Below are positions 1 through 9,700 of a DNA stretch of 64,000 bases, piece by piece. Position 1 is the first letter of the stretch, and every line of letters begins with the position of its first letter. The position numbers were made by a program, and so were the translations under genes. The notes under the pieces are model-generated. The model was given only the letters and a program-made list of their open reading frames with translations, made no database searches and was not told the origin of the DNA. Source of the stretch: an uncultured Candidatus Saccharibacteria bacterium (lineage in GTDB: Bacteria > Patescibacteriota > Saccharimonadia > CAILAD01 > BJGX01). The stretch lies in assembly GCA_964552475.1 (NCBI GenBank), contig CAZKFZ010000001.1:35347-99346 (forward strand). The letters are read 5' to 3'.

Positions 1-1044
1 GAGAATAAGACCAAATAGAGTAATAGTGTTTAGAGATATTCCAAATATATATAAAACACCTAGCGTCATGGTGAGTGTGCCTATCATACCAAGGGCCGCC
101 ACTATGCCAGCTCGCCAACTTATAAATAACATACAGACTAGCGCTACTATCAACAGCCCTTCTAACAGATTATCTTGCAAAAGATGAATTTGTTCTTTAA
201 TTGCGCTGGCTTGATCGGCGGCTACACTTCCGCTAATATCGCTAAACTCAGCCTGGCTATTTAGCTCGTCTAAGGCCGAACTTAGTTTTTCGTCAAACTT
301 AATTATATCGGTACCTTTAGGGTTTTTTATACCAATTATTACGCTACTTTCGGCTGGTGACAGTTCTGAATTTTGTCGAGTGGCTAAAAAATCAAAAGCT
401 TTTTGCTGTTTTACTTCTTGCCCAGTAAATGGATTGGTACCAACTTGAAAATTAGAGACCATCGTAGCAGTAGAGGGCGATATTTTGTTGTTTAATTTTG
501 CGACGTAGTTATTTGCTTGGGCCTCTAGTTGTTCAGGGTTAAGACTAGCGCTACGTACAGCCACCAAGGTGTCGTATTCGTTTAGAAATTTACTGGCATT
601 GATGGTTGTAAACTCTACCTTAGCTCCTTGAGGTAGGGAGTTATTTTTTTCTACTTGGTTTTTAATATCATTTGAGGCGGTATCGGCATTGGTACCATCG
701 GTGTATTGAACTACTATTGTAAAACCGTTATCTAAAGAAGTCGCGGTAGTTTTTTTTACCTTTGGGTTTTGTTTGGCCGTCTCTACAATTGGCTTAACTA
801 CCTCGCTATCAACCTTAGCTCTGTCGTTTACAAAATATGTGCCACTTACAGTACTAATTGGTACAGCCACGTCTGGAAAACCTTGACGTTGCATAAACTG
901 TAAATAACTAAGTAGCCCAAATATTACTATCACTACCCATACAACAGCGCTTATTCTAGGGTGGCGCACTGAGCGAAGCGATAGTTTTGCCAACCAGCCG
1001 GGCTTTTCACTTTTTAAATATTTATGATGGTTGGTGTTTTTCAT
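1..1044 (-). CDS. RND/MMPL-family efflux transporter permease, N-terminal part (5' partial, runs off the window)
   Basis: Reverse-strand frame is open from the ATG (rc of 1042-1044) to position 1. Translation MKNTNHHKYLKSEKPGWLAKLSLRSVRHPRISAVVWVVIVIFGLL...GVLYIFGISLNTITLFGLIL matches the AcrB-type N-terminus, TM1 and a TM-bundle motif (FGFSINTLTMFG-like). Absent from the ORF track because it reaches the edge. Confidence 0.7.
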   Translation of the reverse strand, partial: MKNTNHHKYLKSEKPGWLAKLSLRSVRHPRISAVVWVVIVIFGLLSYLQFMQRQGFPDVAVPISTVSGTYFVNDRAKVDSEVVKPIVETAKQNPKVKKTTATSLDNGFTIVVQYTDGTNADTASNDIKNQVEKNNSLPQGAKVEFTTINASKFLNEYDTLVAVRSASLNPEQLEAQANNYVAKLNNKISPSTATMVSNFQVGTNPFTGQEVKQQKAFDFLATRQNSELSPAESSVIIGIKNPKGTDIIKFDEKLSSALDELNSQAEFSDISGSVAADQASAIKEQIHLLQDNLLEGLLIVALVCMLFISWRAGIVAALGMIGTLTMTLGVLYIFGISLNTITLFGLIL

Positions 1045-1134
1045 AACTTAATAGTATTATCTCATAACGAGTAGCCAATCATAAAGCACAAGCAAGATGG
1101 ATGTTACAAGCAAATAATAGTACAATATATAAAT

Positions 1135-1527
1135 ATGAAGAAATTAAATAGTGTAAATCAACAAAAATTACTTATAGGCTTACTGATATTTAGTGGTTTA
1201 GCATCGGTAGCTGGTGGTATAGGTTTAATCACCGGCAAGGCGGGTGTGCCGAGCGTTTGGCTAGCATCTACGGGGTTTAATAGTTACTACTTTCCGGGCG
1301 TAATACTTATGGCAATAGTGGGTGGTAGCGCATTGCTCGCTGCAATAAGTTTATACAAAAAACAAGTTGGTGCAGGTATCGCTACGGTCTTGGCTGGTCT
1401 TATTATGTTAGTGTGGATAATTGGTGAGATAGCATCTATACGACACATTAATTTTTTACAGCTAGTATTTATTGTTATCGCTATCTCAATTATTGCTCTA
1501 GCACCGAGCGATAAAACAAAATCTTAA
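1135..1527 (+). CDS. small integral membrane protein (hypothetical)
   Basis: 130-aa ORF with about 4 hydrophobic helices and A-rich upstream context. Confidence 0.5.
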   Translation: MKKLNSVNQQKLLIGLLIFSGLASVAGGIGLITGKAGVPSVWLASTGFNSYYFPGVILMAIVGGSALLAAISLYKKQVGAGIATVLAGLIMLVWIIGEIASIRHINFLQLVFIVIAISIIALAPSDKTKS

Positions 1528-1534
1528 ATGTTAA

Positions 1535-1558
1535 AGCGCCCAGGGTTAGCTGGGCGCT
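1535..1558. terminator. GC-rich hairpin between convergent genes (putative bidirectional terminator)
   Basis: AGCGCCCAG-ggttag-CTGGGCGCT inverted repeat, 8 nt after the stop of the 1135-1527 gene and 20 nt before the stop of the minus-strand gene. The U-tract is weak. Confidence 0.45.
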
Positions 1559-1577
1559 TGGGTCTCAATCCTTTTAG

Positions 1578-2030
1578 TTAAAGAATTGGTTTGTGGGTGG
1601 GTGGTACCAACTCCGTGTTGGCCGCCTCCTCGTCGAGGTTTTGGGCGAGTTCTTCTAGTTCTTCTAGATCGTAGTTGGTGTATTTCTTCATTCTCGAAAT
1701 GATTAAACCCAACACCGAACAAACAAGCAGAGTGGTCGACATCACCAGTAAGATCACTCGCGGCAAGTTTGAAGGACTAGATACTTGATTGGTCCACCCA
1801 TAGGTGTCCACAATCACTTCGCTCTTGAAGTTGCTGTAGTAGTTGTTGCAATACCAAAGCACCGGGAAGATGAAAACTGCCAAGATCGCGTTGAAATTCC
1901 GCAATGAAGAGTGAAGCCGATCTAGCGACTCGTACTCAACTTCTTCAACTACTCGTAAGACCTTCTCATCGGTCCAATCGTTTGGAGTGTTCAACCTTTT
2001 CTCCTTATTGATAGGTGCGAACTGATACAT
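1578..2030 (-). CDS. hypothetical membrane protein
   Basis: 150-aa ORF with hydrophobic segments (FIFPVLWYC..., LLVMSTTLLVCSVLGLII). No recognisable motif. Confidence 0.5.
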   Translation of the reverse strand: MYQFAPINKEKRLNTPNDWTDEKVLRVVEEVEYESLDRLHSSLRNFNAILAVFIFPVLWYCNNYYSNFKSEVIVDTYGWTNQVSSPSNLPRVILLVMSTTLLVCSVLGLIISRMKKYTNYDLEELEELAQNLDEEAANTELVPPTHKPIL

Positions 2031-2082
2031 ATAATAGCATAAAAATACCTACTTTGTCAATAGGTTTTTAACTTCATTTAGT

Positions 2083-3138
2083 TTACAAACTATTTTTGAA
2101 AAAATTCACCAGTCGGCTATTTACTACTACTGCACTAACACTCAATTGGTGATCGTCACCTGGATAAGTGTAGTATTCTACTACCTTACCCGCAGCCTTT
2201 AGTGCGCTATCAAGACTCGCTGAAAAGCTTACCGGCACCGTGGTATCGCCAGTGGAGTGGTGTATTTGGCTTGGCCCAGTAATGCTACCCACATAGTTAA
2301 TAGCACTGACTGAGTTCCAAAAATCTGGGTTAGTTTTTGGAGTACCATATTGAGCCAGTAGTGCCTCTCGAGCTTGCTGAACAGTCGCTGGTAAATCGCT
2401 AGGCATTGGGCTGTTTGGCCAGTTGTATAATATGTCTTCTACACTACCCACTACACCGCTTAGGTAGGCAGTAGCTTTAATACTAGGGTTTACCACTGCT
2501 ACTCGCAAACTAGTATGCGCACCTAGGCTGTGCCCAAGTGTGCCCAAACGATTAGCATTAAGATTTAACACCGGGGTTTGAGCAATTGAGCTTATTAAAT
2601 TTAGATCGTCATAGGTATACACTGGTGAGAAGTGGCCGCCTTCTGGCACACCCTGACTACTACCATGGCCACGATAGTCTGGCTTTATTACTGCAATACC
2701 GTTACTAGTGAGCGCATTTGTTATACCACTATAGCTTCCGTCGTTAGTACGATACACGTTAGGGTTTATGTAGCCATGGTTAAGTATTACTATTGGCCAG
2801 CCACCAGCAGGAGCTGTGCCGTTTGGTGTAGTGAGTAGAGCGTATATTTTATAGCTATCAGACATGTACGATACTATGCTAGTGCTATTACCTAGTTGCT
2901 GTTCTACTACTATTGCACTACCCGGATAGCTACGAGCTTTTATGGCTTCAATCTGCAAGGGATTAAGTACTGGCGCGGGCGCAGGGTTGTTGGTTTGAGT
3001 ATTAGTGCTAGCTGGTGCCATAGCTTTTGGCGCCCGCCATCGCCAAACCAAAAACGCACTTAATAAAACAATAGCCACAAGCATTGCTGTTGCAATAGTG
3101 GTAGTCCAAAGCCTATTTTTTACCAAGAACTTTTGCAT
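2083..3138 (-). CDS. secreted alpha/beta-hydrolase fold esterase/peptidase
   Basis: 351 aa. N-terminal TM/signal (TTIATAMLVAIVLLSAFLVW). GHSLGAH nucleophile-elbow motif (GxSxG). Dienelactone-hydrolase/S9-like layout. Confidence 0.65.
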   Translation of the reverse strand: MQKFLVKNRLWTTTIATAMLVAIVLLSAFLVWRWRAPKAMAPASTNTQTNNPAPAPVLNPLQIEAIKARSYPGSAIVVEQQLGNSTSIVSYMSDSYKIYALLTTPNGTAPAGGWPIVILNHGYINPNVYRTNDGSYSGITNALTSNGIAVIKPDYRGHGSSQGVPEGGHFSPVYTYDDLNLISSIAQTPVLNLNANRLGTLGHSLGAHTSLRVAVVNPSIKATAYLSGVVGSVEDILYNWPNSPMPSDLPATVQQAREALLAQYGTPKTNPDFWNSVSAINYVGSITGPSQIHHSTGDTTVPVSFSASLDSALKAAGKVVEYYTYPGDDHQLSVSAVVVNSRLVNFFKNSL

Positions 3139-3199
3139 ATACCTTATTATAGCGCAAATATAAAAGCGACTAGTGCGAATGCGCTAGCCGCTTAAGTTA

Positions 3200-3499
3200 T
3201 TAGAACGAATCGAATGGATCCCAGCCACCACTTGGTTCTTTGGTAATGATCTCTTCGATCTGATTTTTAGCCCAAAGGGCCGGTGCACCGACCATGCTGG
3301 CACCAAAGAAGAGTAGTAACCAAGCGTACTCTTCAAACCATTGCTGTGCACCATCGACATTGTTATAGGCCCACAGGCCAATTCCAGCAACTACACCAAT
3401 CCAGAAGATCATTAGTAGAGAAAGACCAAGAATAGCTACACCATCACCCGTGGTTAGGGGTGGCCTAAGAGTGCTTTGTTCGCTTTTCGAGTCGGGCAA
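3200..3499 (-). CDS. small membrane protein (hypothetical)
   Basis: 99-aa ORF with two predicted TM helices. The overlapping 3184-3390 ORF is less protein-like. Confidence 0.45.
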   Translation of the reverse strand: MPDSKSEQSTLRPPLTTGDGVAILGLSLLMIFWIGVVAGIGLWAYNNVDGAQQWFEEYAWLLLFFGASMVGAPALWAKNQIEEIITKEPSGGWDPFDSF

Positions 3500-3635
3500 T
3501 TCTATGCTCCTTTTGGTACGTGGTTAGTTTTTTTACTAGACCTGCTGATGCATATATTATCATACTAAGTTATTTACGTCAATATTTAATAATGCTAGCA
3601 CTTACTTATTTCTCGTCTTAATAATTTTATTAAAG

Positions 3636-3666
3636 TAAAAAACCACGCAATGTTTAAAAATTGCGT
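3636..3666 (-). terminator. rho-independent terminator for the 3682-3933 gene
   Basis: Hairpin ACGCAAT-gtttaaaa-ATTGCGT followed on the minus strand by GGTTTTTTAC, 16 nt downstream of the stop. Confidence 0.55.
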
Positions 3667-3681
3667 AGTTTTAGTGTGGGT

Positions 3682-3933
3682 TTAATTTATCTTCTGCAAG
3701 AAGATACCGAATGCAATAAGAATAAGAGTTGGTAGCCAGAAAACACTATATAGAAAAATCTTCGCCAAGTATTTTGCTGTTAGCGCAGGAGGGTATAAGT
3801 GCGTAGGTATTTCTTCTTTTGAGCCAGCATATATTTTCTTTAGCCGTCTCACTTGTAGTGGACGACCTACGAGTATCCCAAAAAACATCCCGAGTGCACC
3901 AGCTATATAGACTGTAGCAACGAGCTCGAGCAT
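3682..3933 (-). CDS. small membrane protein (hypothetical)
   Basis: 83-aa ORF with two hydrophobic helices, followed by the terminator. Confidence 0.45.
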   Translation of the reverse strand: MLELVATVYIAGALGMFFGILVGRPLQVRRLKKIYAGSKEEIPTHLYPPALTAKYLAKIFLYSVFWLPTLILIAFGIFLQKIN

Positions 3934-4068
3934 TGTTAATTACCCCTGTTCTAGGTACACGGCCGGGTTTCATCCAGGCCGTCTTGTGCATATTATAATA
4001 CACTTTAAGTATTAAGTCAATATAATTAAATAACCCCAAGAAAGTTTATATTTCTTGGGGTGTAAGTG

Positions 4069-4584
4069 TTAGCTCACCGTGGTGAGATTATTTGTACCGT
4101 ACTGTTCGGCAGCTTTCTCGAGAGCTGTGAGCTCTCCCTTGAGTCGCTTCAACTCTTCGTTGCAACGGTTGATGTCGGTGACGTAGCCACCAAATGAAGC
4201 CCGATTTTTCTCGTAGGTACTACGTTTGATATGCACAGCCTTGATGGTGCTCGAAACAGTGTTTAGTTGTTGCAAAATACAAGCGGCGACCACTTGGCGC
4301 GAGTACTCGCCTAGACGAGTCATTAACTCGGGTCGCTCCTCAAACTGATCTACTAGCGCCAGTATGGCGTTAACTTCTACGTAGTGCTGAGTAGCTTGGC
4401 CTAGGCGAGCAACGGCTTGATCGATAGTACCTTCAAGTCTGTAGCTGCCCAGGTTGCGCAGTCGGTGGGCAATCACCATTAGGGTAATAACGATGGTAAC
4501 CACAGCTACCACAGCTAGGCTAGATAGTAGCGTTTCGGTACCTGTTAGGTCCATTCGCTTATCCTTTTCGTGTTGGGTGCTCAC
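4069..4584 (-). CDS. membrane-anchored coiled-coil protein (hypothetical)
   Basis: 171 aa. N-terminal TM (LLSSLAVVAVVTIVITLMVIA), the rest charged and helical. Confidence 0.5.
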   Translation of the reverse strand: MSTQHEKDKRMDLTGTETLLSSLAVVAVVTIVITLMVIAHRLRNLGSYRLEGTIDQAVARLGQATQHYVEVNAILALVDQFEERPELMTRLGEYSRQVVAACILQQLNTVSSTIKAVHIKRSTYEKNRASFGGYVTDINRCNEELKRLKGELTALEKAAEQYGTNNLTTVS

Positions 4585-4689
4585 TTTTGAACAGTCTGTT
4601 AGCTATTATACATAAATATGCCAAATAGTCAATGTAATTAAGTGCAGTCTGCTATAATAATACTTAAGATTAATTAAATAGGAGTAATT

Positions 4690-4899
4690 ATGGCAAAATC
4701 TACCAAAAATAAGGTAAAACAAAAAGCGTACGATGAAAGCACGATGGGCTTTGTGCTGTTTGTAGCTTGGTTTGGCGCCCTTTTTTACTTCGCCCATCAG
4801 GCTCAAGGCTTTGGTGGCTACATCCTAGCCTTTCTTAAGGCCTGTGTATGGCCAGCCTATCTTCTATATTACGCCTTACAAGCTTTAGGTGTAAGTTAG
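4690..4899 (+). CDS. small membrane protein (hypothetical)
   Basis: 69-aa ORF with GGAG RBS (aataggagtaattATG), two TM helices, and a terminator immediately downstream. Confidence 0.5.
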   Translation: MAKSTKNKVKQKAYDESTMGFVLFVAWFGALFYFAHQAQGFGGYILAFLKACVWPAYLLYYALQALGVS

Positions 4900-4900
4900 T

Positions 4901-4936
4901 AAAAAAGCCTATCTCATCTAAGAGATAGGCTTTTTT
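4901..4936. terminator. bidirectional rho-independent terminator
   Basis: AAAAAAGCCTATCTC-atctaa-GAGATAGGCTTTTTT. Perfect 11-bp stem flanked by an A-run and a T-run, between convergent genes. Confidence 0.75.
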
Positions 4937-4941
4937 GGTTT

Positions 4942-5307
4942 TTACCTACTCACTACTTCACCGGCGGCGGGCGCTCCAGCACAATTAGGCGAGTTGGGTA
5001 CAACTTCTAGGTTGGTTTCACTCCCGTAGACAATAATCACTCGTGTATTACCGTCACAAAAGATCTCAATATCACTGTAGTTGGTTGAGAAAGAAAAAAC
5101 CTCTGGGGTACCAGGCTCGGTAGGGTACAGTGGTTCGTCGTAGATCTCAGCATCTTGGTTTGGGTCTGGCACATCGCTCGTGGCATTGTTGCTGTTGGTG
5201 TTAGAACCAGAGTCGCTATCGCTACCACAAGCGGCCAGCGAGCCTATTAGTAGTACAGCGACAACTACACTCATTATTACAAATACAACACTTCGCCTGC
5301 TTGGCAT
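4942..5307 (-). CDS. lipoprotein (hypothetical)
   Basis: 121 aa. Signal peptide ending in lipobox LAAC|GSDSDSGS. Low-complexity S/D/N linker. Confidence 0.55.
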   Translation of the reverse strand: MPSRRSVVFVIMSVVVAVLLIGSLAACGSDSDSGSNTNSNNATSDVPDPNQDAEIYDEPLYPTEPGTPEVFSFSTNYSDIEIFCDGNTRVIIVYGSETNLEVVPNSPNCAGAPAAGEVVSR

Positions 5308-5433
5308 TGGTCTACTTTCTTCTATTAGGTTCTAAGTCGCTGTTATATTACTATAATATGTAGAGTATGTCAACAATAATACAAATTGCATTTCTGTAGA
5401 GTTATTAATGTATAAGTTGTAACATGGTAGTAA

Positions 5434-6303
5434 ATGACCAATACTACCAACCCCACCAAACAATCTAGTTCAAACCCGTCACAAACACCCACTACCAACC
5501 AAGATGGTAGCTACTCACATCCTTACAAAACTGTTTGTTTGCAAAAAGGTAGAAAAGTAAATCCCATAAGAGACGACATCAACGACGATGGTGGTGAGCC
5601 CCAAATACATCTCTTTTCGGCCGAAGATGCCTATGGCAAGTACGATATTCATAGGTACTATTTTACTTTTGAGCTACCCATTGCCAATCAACAGGTTTTT
5701 ATACGATCGCGTGCCTCTGGCAATCAATTTTTGCGTTTGCCTAGTCGGTCGCAAATATACAATGCCGAAGGCATTTTTGGCGACACCGCCGATCTGTACA
5801 TTGCCAAAGGCCAGCAAAACAACGCTCTCACTATTTTAGATCCCGACACCATGGCCGATATGCTCGAGCTACTTAAGACTTGCGATATAGAAATATATGG
5901 CCGTACTGTTTACATTGTCTACGGTGGTTTTAAAGAGAACGACCCTATAATGACAGAGGTAAAAAAGCTTGCGCAAGAGATGTATCGCGACGCCCAGAGG
6001 CGGCAAGATAAATCTAAGCCCTTGCCAGACGCCCACCTCGTAGAGAACCCACTCAAGTATTCTATTACCACAGCCGGCGGTACCAGCCCGGGCCGAATAG
6101 CCCAACTAGTTGCTATAATAGCCATTGGCTTTGTACTGGGGTTTTTCTTAAGAAAATATTTTGATCGTAGCACCTCTAAGCTAATTTTGCAGATTGTAGG
6201 TATAATATTTGGTATTACTATTATAATTATTGGCGAGAGGTTAGTTCGTCGCAGGCGCAACAAGTTAGATAGAGCTATCAAGCAAGACTTTAGCGATAAA
6301 TAG
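5434..6303 (+). CDS. hypothetical protein with C-terminal TM anchor
   Basis: 289-aa ORF. N-terminal T/S/N/P-rich region, C-terminal hydrophobic helix plus basic tail (RRRRNK). Confidence 0.5.
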   Translation: MTNTTNPTKQSSSNPSQTPTTNQDGSYSHPYKTVCLQKGRKVNPIRDDINDDGGEPQIHLFSAEDAYGKYDIHRYYFTFELPIANQQVFIRSRASGNQFLRLPSRSQIYNAEGIFGDTADLYIAKGQQNNALTILDPDTMADMLELLKTCDIEIYGRTVYIVYGGFKENDPIMTEVKKLAQEMYRDAQRRQDKSKPLPDAHLVENPLKYSITTAGGTSPGRIAQLVAIIAIGFVLGFFLRKYFDRSTSKLILQIVGIIFGITIIIIGERLVRRRRNKLDRAIKQDFSDK

Positions 6304-6364
6304 TCTTTTAAAAAGCACCTCTAATTGCTCTTGGTGCGTCTAGAAGAGTACAATAGGTAGTATT

Positions 6365-6712
6365 ATGGCAGAGATAAAAGATCTTCAAAAAGAAGTAGTT
6401 AAGTTTCGCGATGAGCGCGATTGGGCGCAATTTCATAACCCCAAAGATTCTGCAATTTCATTAGCGCTAGAGGCCGCCGAGGTACTCGAGCATTTTCAAT
6501 GGAAGAGTGCAGAGGAGATGCAGGCGCATGTAGAAATTAACAAGGTAGATGTGAGCGAAGAGCTAGCCGATGTTTTGTATTGGGTACTACTTATGTGTAA
6601 CGATTTAGATATTGATATATCTGAGGCTTTTATGGCTAAGCTCAAAAAGAATGCCAAGAAATACCCCATTGCTAAAGCAAAAGGAAATCATAAAAAATAT
6701 AGTGAGTTATAG
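6365..6712 (+). CDS. MazG-like nucleotide pyrophosphohydrolase (small all-alpha NTP-PPase)
   Basis: 115 aa. FRDERDWAQFHNPKD...EAAEVLEHFQWKS...ELADVLYWVLLMCNDLDIDI matches the MazG/YpjD-like core (EExxE/D acidic helices). Confidence 0.7.
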   Translation: MAEIKDLQKEVVKFRDERDWAQFHNPKDSAISLALEAAEVLEHFQWKSAEEMQAHVEINKVDVSEELADVLYWVLLMCNDLDIDISEAFMAKLKKNAKKYPIAKAKGNHKKYSEL

Positions 6713-6782
6713 CTGGCTCTATCTGTAGATCTGAAAAAGTGATATAATTGTGGCAAATTAAATCTGGAGCAAAGTATCAAGT

Positions 6783-9700
6783 ATGCCTGACAACTTACCC
6801 AAAATCAAAACTACGAAAGTAGTGTACCCGCAGATATATTCATATACTCTGCCTGAACATAAAGCCAATGAAGGCTCACAGAAGATAGGCTATACAGAAC
6901 GTAAAGATGTTGATGCTCGTATAAATGAACAAACTCACACTGCTGCAATTAAACTCAAGCCACAAAAGCTGTGGAGTGCACCATCTTTTTTTGCTGATAA
7001 TAAAAATGATTTCAACGACAAAACTTTTCATAAATTCTTAGTAAAAAATGGTGTAGAGAACAGGTTGGATTTGGGTAAGGAGTGGTTCTATTTTGATGGT
7101 ACGCCTGAGAAATCAAAAGAACTGTTTGATGCATTTCGTGAGCAAGGCTTTGCAGCTTTGCAAAATGTCGATAAAAAGATACCCTACTCTCTACGTACTG
7201 AGCAGCAAGCCGCAGTAACAATGGCAAAAAACTATTTTACAAAGCATAGTGGAGGTGAGGTATTATGGAATGCGAAGCCGAGATTTGGTAAAACTCTAGC
7301 TACGTACGATTTAGCCAAACAAATGCAAGCCAGAAAAGTATTGATTGTCACCAACCGACCTGCAATCGCTAACTCATGGCTGGATGATTTTGAGCAATTT
7401 GTCGAAGGTTATATGTTCATTTCTGAAACGTCTTCATTATCAAATCGCACCGCACTTACTAGAGAACAATTTGTCTCAACTTCTGTAGAGCTACCTCAAA
7501 TTACCTTTTTATCACTACAGGATATGAAAGGCTCAAGATATTTTGGTGGTGATTACGAAAAACTCGAGTGGGTTGCTGATCTCGAGTGGGATATGCTAGT
7601 GATCGATGAAGCCCATGAAGGGATCGATACAGAGCGTACTGACGCGGCCTTTGACATAGTCAAGCGAAAATATACACTGCATTTATCTGGCACGCCGTTT
7701 AAGGCTTTGGCAAATAATAAATTTCCTAAAGAAGCTATCTTTAATTGGACGTATCTTGATGAACAGAAAATCAAACAAGCAGAACTAGAAGAAAATGATA
7801 CGGGTGATCACACAGAACTACCAAACCTAAAGCTATATACATATAGAATTTCTGAGATGGTGGCGGATGAGGTGAATGAAGGAATAGAAATTGATAATGA
7901 AACACGTGATTTTGCATTTGATCTCAATGAATTTTTTGCTACTAAAGATCAGAAGTTTGTTCATGAAGAAGATGTACGGGAATTCTTAAAGAATCTTACT
8001 TCTAATACAAAATATCCTTTTTCAACCCCAGATCTACGTGAAGAACTACGCCATACATTTTGGTATGTTGGTAATAGAGTTGACTCAGTAAAAGCTCTTG
8101 AGCAGTTGTTAAAACAAGACGATATCCTTAAAGATTATAAGATAGTAGTAGCAGCCGGTGATGGTAAGTCATTTGAAGAAGAAGAAAATGACTTCTATGG
8201 CAACGAGAAATCGTTCGATAAAGTCAAGAAGGCTATTGCAGAAAACCCCAGAACCATTACTCTTTCTTGCGGTCAGCTCACAGCCGGTGTGACTATTAAA
8301 GAGTGGTCTGCCGTATTGATGCTTACCGATATAAAGACACCCGCTCAATATATGCAGGCAGCTTTTCGTGCTCAAAACCCACACAGATTTTATGAAGACG
8401 GTCAGCTAAAAGCAAAAGAATCTGCTTATCTATTTGACTTTGCACCAACAAGAGTATTGGAAATATACGACCAGTTTGCGAATGGATTGAATGGCAAAGC
8501 TGCTAATGGTGAAATAACAGAATCTGAACGCAAAGAAAATATCAAAGAGTTACTCAACTTTTTTCCTGTAATATCTGAAGATATAGATGGCAAGATGGTA
8601 GAGTTAGATGCAGAGAAGGTCCTTACATTCCCGAATGCACTAGCTGCAGCTGAAATCGTAAAAGCGCGCTTTATGACCAACTTGTTGTTCAATGACAATG
8701 TAAAAGGCGTATTTAGTTTTCCTAAAGAAGTAGAAGATATTCTCGACAAAATGCCAATAGAGAAAAACAAGCGTGCAGAAGTTGCTAAGAGTGTGCTAGA
8801 CCTTGATGATGCGCGTAAGTTTGAGCAGTCAAGAGAAGCCAAGATCAACGAAAACTCAGGTGTAATACTAGGCGAGAAGATATTCCGTTCGAATATCGAA
8901 CGAGTTGTAGACAACGCATTGAATGCCGAAACTACCGAAGAAATAATTGAAACATTGCCTGATAAGATTACCGAGCTAGCTGAGCCACTAATTGCAAAAT
9001 ACAAAGAAGTATACAAAGCAACAAACGCTGAGGTTGAAGAAATGAAAAAAGAAACAGATGAAAAGGTACGGCTAGTCGTTGCTGAATACGAAAGCTCTGA
9101 GATAAAAGACACGGCCAAGCTAAAAGAAAACCTTGCAAATGTAATTGAAAATGACCTGGTTATAGATAGAGTTGAACAAAAAGAAACAGAAGTAGTTGAG
9201 AAAGTTCAGAAGACAAAAGAAGAAGAAGTACGAGACCGTCTACGTTCGTTTACTCGCACTATACCAATGTTTATTATGGCGAACTCAACAAAAGAAACTA
9301 TCAACATAGATAATTTTGATGATCATATAGACGATAATGATTTTGAAGATCTTACCAATATCACTAAAGATGAGTTTTATAAGCTCAGAGATGGCTTTGA
9401 CTATGATGAGAATGGTGAACGCAAAACCTTTGGAGGGGTATTTGATCGCTACAAGTTCAATGCCTCAATAGCTGAGTTTGTAGCTGAGAAGCAAAAACGT
9501 GCTGACTACTTCAATACCCATGAGGATATATTCGAACTCATACCCAATCAGAAAAACAATCAGATATTTACACCTAGAAAAGTCGTGCAGATAATGATTA
9601 ACAGTTTAGAGAAAGAAAGCCCAGAACTTTTCGAAAGAACTGATAGTACTTTTATAGATCTATACATGAAGTCAGGTATGTATATTACTGAGATAGTCAA

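Noticed and set aside
8426-9118. 230-aa minus-strand ORF inside the helicase-MTase gene
   Set aside because: Its translation is Ser/Phe/Ile low-complexity, the typical antisense reading of an E/K-rich coiled-coil coding region. No start context. Judged non-coding.
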